Assembly (NCBI GenBank): GCA_951406725.2
Contig: OX597815.1
Location: 3,224,001-3,288,000 of the forward strand
Reading direction: 5' to 3'
Length of the DNA stretch: 64,000 nucleotides
Source of the DNA: Octopus vulgaris
Lineage: Eukaryota
In this document: in pieces, positions 54,847 through 64,000 of the stretch
How positions within the stretch are numbered: position 1 is the first letter of the stretch
How the letters are laid out: every line of letters starts with the position of its first letter
Notes under the pieces: model-generated
The model's input: only the letters and a program-made list of their open reading frames with translations
Databases searched by the model: none
Told to the model about the DNA's origin: nothing
Made by a program: the position numbers and the translations under genes

Positions 54847-55387
54847 TTCAGAATTAGCTGTCCTTGTCTTTATATTTAATGTTAATTTTATATATATTGA
54901 TTTAAGAGTTATAATTAGCTTGTAACTAAGGGACGGGATTGGTTGTCAAGGTTCGTTCAGTTCAGTTGAGTAGAGCGCTCAGGTGGAATTCAAGAGATAC
55001 AGAGTTCCATTCTCTGTAGCGGCTGCTTAGCCTCTTCCCCCACCCCCCGTCTCTTATTCGTTTTCTCGGTTATCGTCACTGTTTACAGTTTTGTTCCAAC
55101 TGTTTTCAAATTTGGTTTATGGATTAAGTTTTGTAAACTAATTATGAAAAGGAAATTCATTTTCTCTATAAAACCATAATTAAGAAGTTATTAGCCTTTA
55201 AAATTTCTAAAATTTGAGTATTTTAGCCAATCAGAAGTATTTTAGACACCAGCGTGGCGAAGAAGTCTGTTTTTATAGTAACCAAAGATGCTGCGCATGC
55301 GCACTCCTTGTTGACAGTTAGAACCAAGTGTTCTTTCTTGCCTCGGTGAGAAAAAAATACAAAGAAAGGATTTTATAAATGACGATT

Positions 55388-55440
55388 CACCTCCGAAAGA
55401 ACTAGAACCCGTAATCCCCGGTTTAAGAGGCCACGGAGGA
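55388..55440 (-). pseudogene. D-arm-deleted tRNA pseudogene (CTT lineage)
   Basis: Identical to 49605-49657. Confidence 0.85.
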
Positions 55441-56423
55441 TTCTGAATAAACCGTCCTTGTCTTTATATCTAACGTTAATGTTATATATTAATTTATGAG
55501 TTATAATTAACTTGTAACTAAGAGACGGGTTCCGTTGTCAAGGATCGTTTGACTCACTTGAGTAGAGCTCTCAGTTGGAATTTAAATGATACAGAGTTCG
55601 ATTCTGTGTGGCGGCAAGTTAGCCTCTTTTTCTCGATTCTCTCATCTGTTTCTGCAGCTATTCTGCGTTCGAGATTTCCGTCGTTTCTAAAATGTTTATA
55701 GTTATTTCGATTCACGAGTTTCTTGACAATCTTTGGTTAAGAGTGAAACGTATCTGCCGGATTGATAACGAAAGTAAAACAACCTAGAAAAATACAAAAA
55801 TAAAGTTTTGGTACCATCAATACGAAAATGCTTAAATGTCATTATCACCGATCATTCATCTTTACGTTCAGAAGTTGACTTTGTCTTTAAAGATATAAAT
55901 TAACTTGCAGCTAAAAGACGGAGTCGATAAATAAAGTACCAGTTGAACACTAAGGTCGATGTAATCGACTTAGCCCTCTCCCGAAATGGTGGGCCTTGTT
56001 CCAAAATATGACACCATTTTTACAGATGTTATTTTTATCGTTACGTTCTGAGTTCAAGTTCCACCGAGGTCCAGTTTGCCTTCCATCCTTATCAGTACCA
56101 GTTGGACACTGGGGTCGATGTAATTGCTTATCCCCTTTCGCAAAGAACTGCTGGCCGTGTACCGAAATTTGAAACTATAATTACAGATTTCTTTAGGATA
56201 GCGTGCTAGCAGAATCGTTGGCGTGTCGGACAAAATGTATTGATACCTTTATTCCGGTTTTTATATTCTGAGTTTTAAATTCCACCTGAGCGCTCTACTC
56301 AACTGAACTGAACGAACCTTGACAACCAATCCCGTCCCTTAGTTACAAGCTAATTATAACTCTTAAATTAATATATATATAAAATCAACATTAAATATAA
56401 AGACAAGGATAGTCAATTCTGAA

Positions 56424-56496
56424 GCCTCCGTGGCCCAATGGATAAGGCACCGGCCTCCTAAGCCGGGGATTGCGGGTTCGAGTCCCGTCGGAGGTA
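56424..56496 (+). tRNA. tRNA-Arg-CCT: tRNA-Arg(CCT) in an inverted segment (56275-56650)
   Basis: Majority sequence; segment is the reverse complement of ~57549-57923. Confidence 0.95.
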
Positions 56497-57331
56497 AAGA
56501 GTCGTTCTGTAAAAAGAATTTTTGCTTTGTTTTTTTTCTCAATGGGGTGGGGCCAGGAAAGCATACTTGGTTGGAACTGTCCCCTACATCTTTTTAAGCC
56601 ATTTTTCTTTTCAAACAAATAGCAAAATTTTTCTGTGGTTATTTCTTCATTCTTTAGCAGTGTAATTTGGGGGTTAAATGTTTATTTTTTTGAAGTAAAC
56701 ATTTAACCATTTAAGAAAAAGCTTCAGTGCTGAGCAGACATATGTAGAACAAGGAGAAGGAAGGAAATTAGATATTGTTTGACATGGCATAATCGGTAGA
56801 GCGTCTGAGAAAATGCTTTGTGGCATATATTTCAAAACTCGGCGTTCTGAGTTCAAATTCCGCCGTGATTAGCTTCACCTTTCAGGGTCAATAAGTAAGA
56901 ACCATTCCAGAGTGGTTCGTTGGCCGAACTGTAAACTCGTCTATGATCGAATATCTTGCGGTATTTGTTCCAGCTCATTATTTTCTGAGTTCAAATCCCA
57001 CCGTGGTTTGCTAAGGTGGTGGTAGTGTCAACCTATCGCTCTCTTTACCACCTCCACTTTGCATAATGTTTACCAGAAATGGTGCCAGGCTTCCCATCTG
57101 ACGATACTTTCTTCATTCACTCCTCCAATATGTCTTGGAGACCCTATCTCCTGATTAATAGACTTCAAAAAATAAACAATTCACTCCAAAGGATGAAGAA
57201 ATGACCACAGAAAAATTTTGCTATTTATTTGAAAAGAAAAATGGTTTAAAAAGATGTAGGGGGCAGTTCCAACCAAGTATGCTTTCCTTGTCAAAATAGA
57301 TTTAAGTAAAAAAAAAAAAGCGGTTAAATCA

Positions 57332-57404
57332 TACCTCCGACGGGACTCGAACCCGTAATCCCCGGCTTAGGAGGCCGGTGCCTTATCCATTGGGCCACGG
57401 AGAC
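57332..57404 (-). tRNA. tRNA-Arg-CCT: tRNA-Arg(CCT), C2T/G49A variant
   Basis: U2-G71 wobble next to G1-U72; A49-U65 pair. Confidence 0.8.
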
Positions 57405-57703
57405 TACTGCATATCGCATCTCTTTAGTTTTAATGTCAATGTAACATATATTGATTGTAGCATGATAATGAACTGAAATCTAATTATTGCTCCGATTTAA
57501 ACGTTTCTTAAGTAAATTAACCGTTTAACAATACTTAATTAGATTGGTTGAAGAAATGACCACAGAAAAATTTTGCTATTTATTTGAAAAGAAAAATGGT
57601 TTAAAAAGATGTAGGGGGCAGTTCCAACCAAGTATGCTTTCCTGACCCCACCTCATTGAGAAAAAGAAAACAAAGCAAAAATTCTTTTTACAGAACGACT
57701 CTT

Positions 57704-57776
57704 TACCTCCGACGGGACTCGAACCCGCAATCCCCGGCTTAGGAGGCCGGTGCCTTATCCATTGGGCCACGGAGGC
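57704..57776 (-). tRNA. tRNA-Arg-CCT: tRNA-Arg(CCT)
   Basis: Majority sequence. Confidence 0.95.
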
Positions 57777-58270
57777 TTCAGAATTGACTTTCCTTGTCTT
57801 TATATTTAATGTTGATTTTATATATATTAATTTAAGAGTTATAATTAGCTTGTAACTAAGGGACGGGATTGGTTGTCAAGGTTCGTTCAGTTCAGTTGAG
57901 TAGAGCGCTCAGGTGGAATTTAAGAGATACAGAGTTCCATTCCCTGTAGCGACTGCTTAGCCTCTTCCCCACCCCCGTCTATGAAGGTATTTTACCCGAT
58001 TTTTTGTTTTCATGGCTATTATCCTACATTCGAGATTTCTCTCGAAACATATAACACACACACACATATAAACGCGTGCGCGCAGCGAGCACACTCCCAC
58101 ACACACCAAGAGAGTGGATGGAAAAGAAACAGGGAGAAGTGAAATGATTGAATTATATTTGTGTGTGTGTGTGTCTGTGTGTGTGTAAGGTGTGTGTGCG
58201 TGCGAGTGTGTATTCTCTCATATATCAAGAAAATAGATTTAAGTAAAAAAAAGAAAAAGCGGTTAAATCA

Positions 58271-58343
58271 TACCTCCGACGGGACTCGAACCCGTAATCC
58301 CCGGCTTAGGAGGCCGGTGCCTTATCCATTGGGCCACGGAGGC
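58271..58343 (-). tRNA. tRNA-Arg-CCT: tRNA-Arg(CCT), G49A variant
   Basis: A49-U65 Watson-Crick pair replaces G-U; T-runs downstream. Confidence 0.93.
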
Positions 58344-58539
58344 TACTGCATATCGCATCTCTTTAGTTTTAATGTCAATGTAACATATATTGATTGTAGC
58401 ATGATAATGAACTGAAATCTAATTATTGCTCCGATTTAAACGTTTCTTAAGTAAATTAACCGTTTAACAATACTTAATTAGATTGGTTGTTTTATATGAT
58501 TCGTAAATTGTAAAAATTCTTTTTTCTCCGAGTTTTACA

Positions 58540-58699
58540 CTCCAGGTTTGACCCCAGTCTGGTGCCAATTAATTCTCCAGGTTTGATCCCGGTCTGGTGC
58601 CAATTAATTCTTCAGGCTTGACCCCGGTCTGGTGCCAATTAATTCTCCAGGTTTGACCCCGGTCTGGTGCCAATTAATTCTCCAGGCTTGACCCCGGTC
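58540..58699. repeat. 35-bp minisatellite, ~4.6 copies
   Basis: Unit CTCCAGGTTTGACCCCGGTCTGGTGCCAATTAATT, no spacers. Confidence 0.92.
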
Positions 58700-59405
58700 C
58701 AGTGCTGATTTCCTTTATCTACGTTACATGAAGAACGTACGAGAATATCAACCGTCTGTGTACGGGGTGCGGCAAAACTCCTGCAATATTTCACAGATTG
58801 ACAAACGCTTTAACCACGAATGCACGGAGTGCTCTGGTCCAAACCTCGATGCTAAATATAGGAAATAAGAAAGAAAAGAAAAGACAAACGATAGAACATT
58901 CGTTATATGAAGATATCATTATCGTCTGCTTCACTTCAGTAACACCCTTTACAGCATAAATTGATCAAAACTTCGAGTCAATTGTCTGTGGACATTACGA
59001 ACTGATAAAGGATAAAGGCCTTCCCTTTATTAGGTATCATCGATATTGATTTTTTTAATAATAAAAATGTAAGGTCATCCATTAGTGTGGAGAAATTTGG
59101 TATATTTATTTTTCAATCAATAAGTGCTTTTATTTTAATCGACCATGGGAATATAAAACGGGAAGTTGGCGATGAAGAGAGTTGAACTTAGAATGCCAAG
59201 AATCAAATTACAAAGAAGAAGATGACGGCGAGTTGAGAGAATCTTAAACATGGAATAAATTAGGAAAAACTTACATTCGTGCAATATACAGAGAAGGTAT
59301 AACCAAAAGTCATTACGGATTTATATAAAATGCGTGTTTATATATGTATATATATAATATATATACATATATAAACACGCATTTTATATACAGTTCTGAC
59401 TTCAA

Positions 59406-59436
<31 letters not shown>

Positions 59437-59569
59437 TGTATGTATGTATGTATGTATGTATGTATGTATGCATGTATGTATGCATGTATGCATGAATGTA
59501 TGTATGTATGTATGTATGTATGTATGTATGTATGTATGTATGTATGTATGTGTGTATGTGTGTATGTAC

Positions 59570-59750
59570 ATGAAGCCCAGTTACAACTACAGCTGGCTGT
59601 TGGCCGGTAAAGGTTTTAGCTGCCAATTCTGTACAAGACATTGTAGATCTTTAGCTGGGCTAAAAAGTCACATTCGATCACAGCACCAGTAACAGTTAAG
59701 CTTCGTGCAATGGCCATACTCGATAACGAGGGGGCAGCCATAATAATAAT
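59570..59750 (+). mobile_element. Short 3' fragment of an RTE-like LINE
   Basis: FSCQFCTRHCRSLAGLKSHIRSQH* C2H2 tail like that at 33118-33186, short UTR, (TAA)n tail, in (TATG)n. Confidence 0.65.
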
Positions 59751-59987
59751 GTATGTATGTATGTATATGTTGTTCCTTATGTGAGATCCTCTTAAGGTAA
59801 ATAAAGAAGTATTCTCTAACACAGCCTCCAGGTTAAGTTGGAGACTAGAGCACCGCCTTTAGTCGAGCAAATCGACCCCAGGACTTATTCTATCGAACCC
59901 TTTTGTCGAACCGCTAGGTTACGGGGACGTAAACACACCGGCATTGGTTGTGGTGACAAACACACGCAAACATATACACAGACATAC

Positions 59988-60029
<42 letters not shown>

Positions 60030-60030
60030 C

Positions 60031-60333
60031 GGAGACCACCTCCATCGGTCACGAATGACCATGGGGTTGCACCTAGAAAATTCCCCTTCGAGGCACAAGT
60101 CCAGGTAAGGTTGCTTTATGGAAGATCAGCAGTCGCCCATGCATACCAGCCTCCCTCTCCCCACACCACTGCCACTGATGTTATCCAAGTGAAAGGCAAA
60201 GGGGCCGATACAGCTTGGCACCTGTGACGTCGCAACTCATTTCTGCATTTCACAACAAGCAGCCCGGTATGGGATTCGAACTCACAACCTCACGGTCGTA
60301 AGCTCGTCACTCTAACCACTGAGCCATGCGCCT

Positions 60334-60337
<4 letters not shown>
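60031..60337 (-). mobile_element. tRNA-derived SINE, family D
   Basis: Minus-strand head GGCGCATGGCTCAGTGGTTAGAG..GAGTTCGAATCCC followed by a non-tRNA body; TA flanks. Confidence 0.7.
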
Positions 60338-60373
<36 letters not shown>

Positions 60374-60524
60374 TTCTACCTTTGGATATCCTTGTTGCTT
60401 ATTTTGATTATATATATATATATATATATATATGTATAAGGGTGGAAAGGAACACACGAGTTGATATATATGAAAAAACAAGTCAAAAATAGAAAATGCT
60501 AAGATAATTTTATAGTGAATCTTT

Positions 60525-60562
60525 CAGTACCGGTTTCGGTCATTTTGAGACCTTTTCAACTG
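60525..60562 (-). ncRNA. Minimal type-I hammerhead candidate with U3-A8 core
   Basis: Minus strand CAG TTGAAAA GGTC-TCAAAAT-GACC GAAA CCGG TA CTG. Confidence 0.6.
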
Positions 60563-60824
60563 TAACGATTAAATAATTAAAATTAGAAAAATTAGAAGAA
60601 AAGTTTTTTTAAAAGAATATTTCTATAGTAGTGTTCAGATATAAGTAGCATTCTGCCTTTCTCTGACTCCCTTGTTTGCACTTGTGTGTTCGAGGTCGTT
60701 GCGCAACGACCTCGAACACACAAGTGCAAACTTATAAGTGCTACTTATATCTGAACACTACTATATATATTCTTTTAAAAAAACTTTTCTTCTAATTTTT
60801 CTAATTTTAATTATTTAATCGTTA

Positions 60825-60862
60825 CAGTTGGAAAGGTCTCAAAATGACCGAAACCGGTACTG
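60825..60862 (+). ncRNA. Mirror hammerhead copy with an A6G core mutation (probably inactive)
   Basis: CAG TTGGAAA GGTC-TCAAAAT-GACC GAAA CCGG TA CTG. Confidence 0.5.
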
Positions 60863-60911
60863 AAAGATTCACTATAAAATTATCTTGGCATTTTCTATTT
60901 TTGACTTGTTT

Positions 60912-60983
<72 letters not shown>

Positions 60984-60994
60984 ATATATATACA

Positions 60995-61153
60995 ACGAAC
61001 TTCTTTCAGTTTCCGTCTACGAAATCCACTCACAAGGCTTTGGTCGGTCCGAGGCTACAGTAGAAGACACTTGCCCAAGGTGCCACTTAGTGGGACTGAA
61101 CCCGGAACCATGCGGTTGGCAAGCAAGCTACTTACCATACAGCCACTCCTGCG
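60995..61153 (-). mobile_element. SINE family B, 5' half
   Basis: Matches the head of 7652-8229. Confidence 0.8.
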
Positions 61154-62102
61154 TCTATACATACATACATACATACATACATACATACGAGAGGGTGCTG
61201 AAAAGTATATAAGTACGTATGTGTTTGCGCATGTGCATGCACATACAGAAGTATGTGTCCATACCCAGCCGCAGCAGCAGCCACAGCAGCAGCCACAGCA
61301 GCAGCAGCAGTAGTAGTGTCCTCTGACCTCGTGCTAAGGAGGTCAGCAAATGAAAAGATATGCAATACTGTATTTGAAGGTAACGCTAATTTACGGGCTC
61401 GCACACACACGCACACACACACATACACACACACACACACGCAATAAATTTATGCGAACATTTATCAACTCATTAAAAGCAACTACAACGGAACCAGTTT
61501 TCTTCAGGACTGAATCCTTCCTTCGCGCCCTGCCCCGTTCGGAAATTAAAACCAAAAGGGAAAGGTTCTTACCTAAGTCTACCTTTACGAACGAAGCATT
61601 TAGTTTTTTACAGCTCCGCCCAGCTAGCACGAACAGATAAGACTCATATTTATGGTCGAGGTGACCGGAAGTAGCTCCTGACCTCTTGGTGATAAGTCGC
61701 TCTGTTGTTCTTTGGCCAAATCTCTTTGTCCTAAGCGACTTTATTCTGCTGATTTATATTATAAAGCTTCGCTTCGTCATTGGATTTTCTTTACCAATTA
61801 TCCCCCCCCACCTCTGCCCTCTTCGTCTTCTTGTCAATACGTGTGTATGTATATTGTTTGGCATTGGACAGCGGCCATGCTGGGGCACCGTCATAAAGGG
61901 TTTAGTCGAACAAGTCAATACCAGAACTTTTTTTTCGTTTTTGAAAGTCTGGTATTTATTCTATCCATCTCTGCAGTTGAACTGCTAAGTTTGGGGGAAG
62001 ATAAATAAACCAACACCAGTTGCCAAACGATAGTGGGTGGAGAGACAAGCGCAAAGACACACACACATACGTATATCTATCTATCTATCTATCTATCTAT
62101 CT

Positions 62103-62191
<89 letters not shown>

Positions 62192-62216
62192 TATATACAT
62201 ATATATATATATTTTT

Positions 62217-62441
62217 CTTTCTTACCCACAAGGGGCTAAACACAGAGGGGACAAACAAGGACAGACAAACGGATTAAGTCGAATACATCGACCCCAGTGC
62301 GCAGCTGGTTCTTATTTGATCTCCCCCGAAAGGATGAAAGGCAAAGTCGACCTCGGCGGGATTTGAACTCAGAACGTAGCGGCAGACGAAATACCGCTTA
62401 GCATTTCGCCTGGCGTGCTAACGATTCTGCCAGCTCGCCGT
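62217..62441 (-). mobile_element. SINE family A, monomer
   Basis: Same head and core as 838-1583. Confidence 0.85.
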
Positions 62442-62564
62442 CTTTATAAATTCGTTTATAGTACCACAACCCTTGATAGAGACCATCCCTTAAACTGTGA
62501 TAGGGATAAACGGAATTTTAAGCGAGATGTCAACCATCTGGTTAATATCACACCGTTGGCCCCA

Positions 62565-62650
<86 letters not shown>

Positions 62651-62879
62651 ATAATCCCAAAACAGCAACGCTACATCCCTGTCATCAGCTAAGAAGGGAG
62701 ATGCTGCACTGTTGCTTGATCTGCTAGATAAAGCAGCTAAAAACAAGGCGAGGGAGAAAATGAAGAGCACATTGGAGATGGTAGTATTCGATAGGCAATG
62801 TCTGAAGGGAAATGCTGGGTGGTCACGGATGGAACGTCTTTGATCGGAGAAGATGGCGGCTGACCTGAGACTAAATGTC

Positions 62880-63435
62880 AGCACCACTACTACCAAAACA
62901 ACTCCATTATCAACACCACAACCAGCACCACTACCACTACCACAACCCATAGTAACACCATTACTATCATCCCCAGCGACCACACCACTACAACCGCCAC
63001 CACTACTGCCAGTAGCAGCAGAGGCACCACCGCCACCGCCATCGCCACCACCAGCACCACCGCCACCGTCGCAGCCACCACCGCAGTTACCACCACCTCC
63101 ACCGCCGCAACCACCACCACCACCTCCGCCGCCACCATCAGCACCATCACCACCACCGCCACCACCGTCACCACCACCACCACCACCACCACCGCCATCG
63201 CCACCATTACCACCACCAACACCGCCACCACCACCACCACCACCATCACCACAACCACCATCACCACCGCCGCCACCACCACTACCACCGCCGCCACCAC
63301 AACCACCACCGCCACCACCATGACCGCCGCGACCACCACCACCACCACCACCACCACCACCACCACCACCACTACCACCACCACCACCGCCACCGCCACA
63401 ACCACCACCACCACCGCCACCACCGCCACCACCTA
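62880..63435. repeat. Degenerate (CCA/CCG)n microsatellite
   Basis: Directly visible; source of the poly-P/G/V ORFs. Confidence 0.9.
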
Positions 63436-63850
63436 CAACAACAAGGAAACATATTATTACGAGCGAGAATAATTTCTGCTTCGTCTCAAGCGACATTTTG
63501 ATTTTTACTTGTTTCTAATTAGTTAATGGTCCCAGGAGGGTAGAGACTAGTCTGCCTGTCTGTGCGTCACGTGCGGCATTCCTTAATTCACATCTCTTTG
63601 ATTTGGTGTGATTCTAGACACAAGAATCTAAAGTAGCCATATTTTAGTTCTTAGAGAACCATAATGAAGTCGCGTCTAAGTGATCATTTAAACTGCTAGA
63701 AATAGCAGTCAAATTTCATCAAATCCCATTCTGTAGTTTTAGATGTTACATAATGTGATAAGACGGGAAGGTCATGGCTAGAATTCCTTTGATCATAGGG
63801 CTGCTTAGTCGGAGCTTGACCCATGCTAAACAACAACAGTAACAGCACTA

Positions 63851-64000
63851 GAGGCCCAATGGCCCAGTGGTTAGGGCAGCGGACTCGCGGTCGGAAGATC
63901 GCGGTTTCGATTCCCAGACCGAGCGTTGTGAGTGTTTATTGAGCGAAAACACCTAAAGCTCCACGAGGCTCCGGCAGGGGGTGGTGGCGACCCCTGTTGT
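63851..64000 (+). mobile_element. SINE family C, truncated by the window edge
   Basis: Homolog of 39153-39506. Confidence 0.8.

Larger units (their letters stand above)
46627..56274. repeat. Tandem array of a ~2.89-kb tRNA-bearing unit, ~3.3 copies (starts ~46627, 49539, 52431, 55322)
   Basis: Same ORFs and tRNAs recur at 2890-2893-bp spacing; units near-identical by eye; a more diverged partial copy lies at ~56715-57980. Confidence 0.95.
60471..60916. repeat. ~450-bp foldback: arms 60471-60650 / 60739-60916, perfect 58-bp spacerless palindrome at 60674-60731
   Basis: Arms differ at only a few positions; centre GTTTGCACTTGTGTGTTCGAGGTCGTTGC|GCAACGACCTCGAACACACAAGTGCAAAC; TA flanks. Confidence 0.93.

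Noticed and set aside
58540-58699. CRISPR-sized 35-bp repeat (also the 29-bp repeat at 41003-41107)
   Set aside because: Head-to-tail units with no spacers, no cas genes, eukaryotic context
59570-59692. C2H2 zinc-finger exon (coleoids have expanded C2H2 families)
   Set aside because: Single finger without a TGEKP linker, followed by a stop, short UTR and (TAA)n tail, like the RTE 3' end at 33118-33240
62456-63496. 346-aa Gly-rich ORF with a hydrophobic N-terminus, and the overlapping Pro-rich ORF
   Set aside because: Made of (CCA/CCG)n and (CAA/CAG)n microsatellites that are open in several frames; no domain or splice evidence

Overview
Eukaryotic, AT-rich, microsatellite-saturated DNA. The tRNA-derived SINE families and the SSR density suggest a coleoid cephalopod, most likely Octopus; this is an inference, not a database match. 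I see no intact host protein-coding gene: nearly all ORFs in the track are translations of SSRs, SINEs or tRNAs, and the real coding remnants are broken retrotransposons (two RLE/R4-like, RTE-like, Tx1-like) and a Tc1/mariner remnant. Two things stand out. (1) A ~30-kb tRNA-Arg(CCT) cluster (28.4-58.3 kb) with 16 apparently intact genes, one degenerate copy, one copy with an anticodon shifted to CTT (Lys) that also lost A20, three D-arm-deleted pseudogenes and one fragment. Old, diverged copies lie on the left; a young ~2.89-kb tandem array, inversions and template-switch junctions lie on the right, and one copy sits inside a non-autonomous Helitron. (2) About ten type-I hammerhead-ribozyme-like motifs with palindromic stem III, mostly in short TA-embedded or foldback elements resembling Penelope-like pLTR remnants. 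One has a canonical core (22734-22819) and two have compensatory 3-8 core pairs (U3-A8, A3-U8). Coordinates were read by eye; element ends may be off by a few bases.
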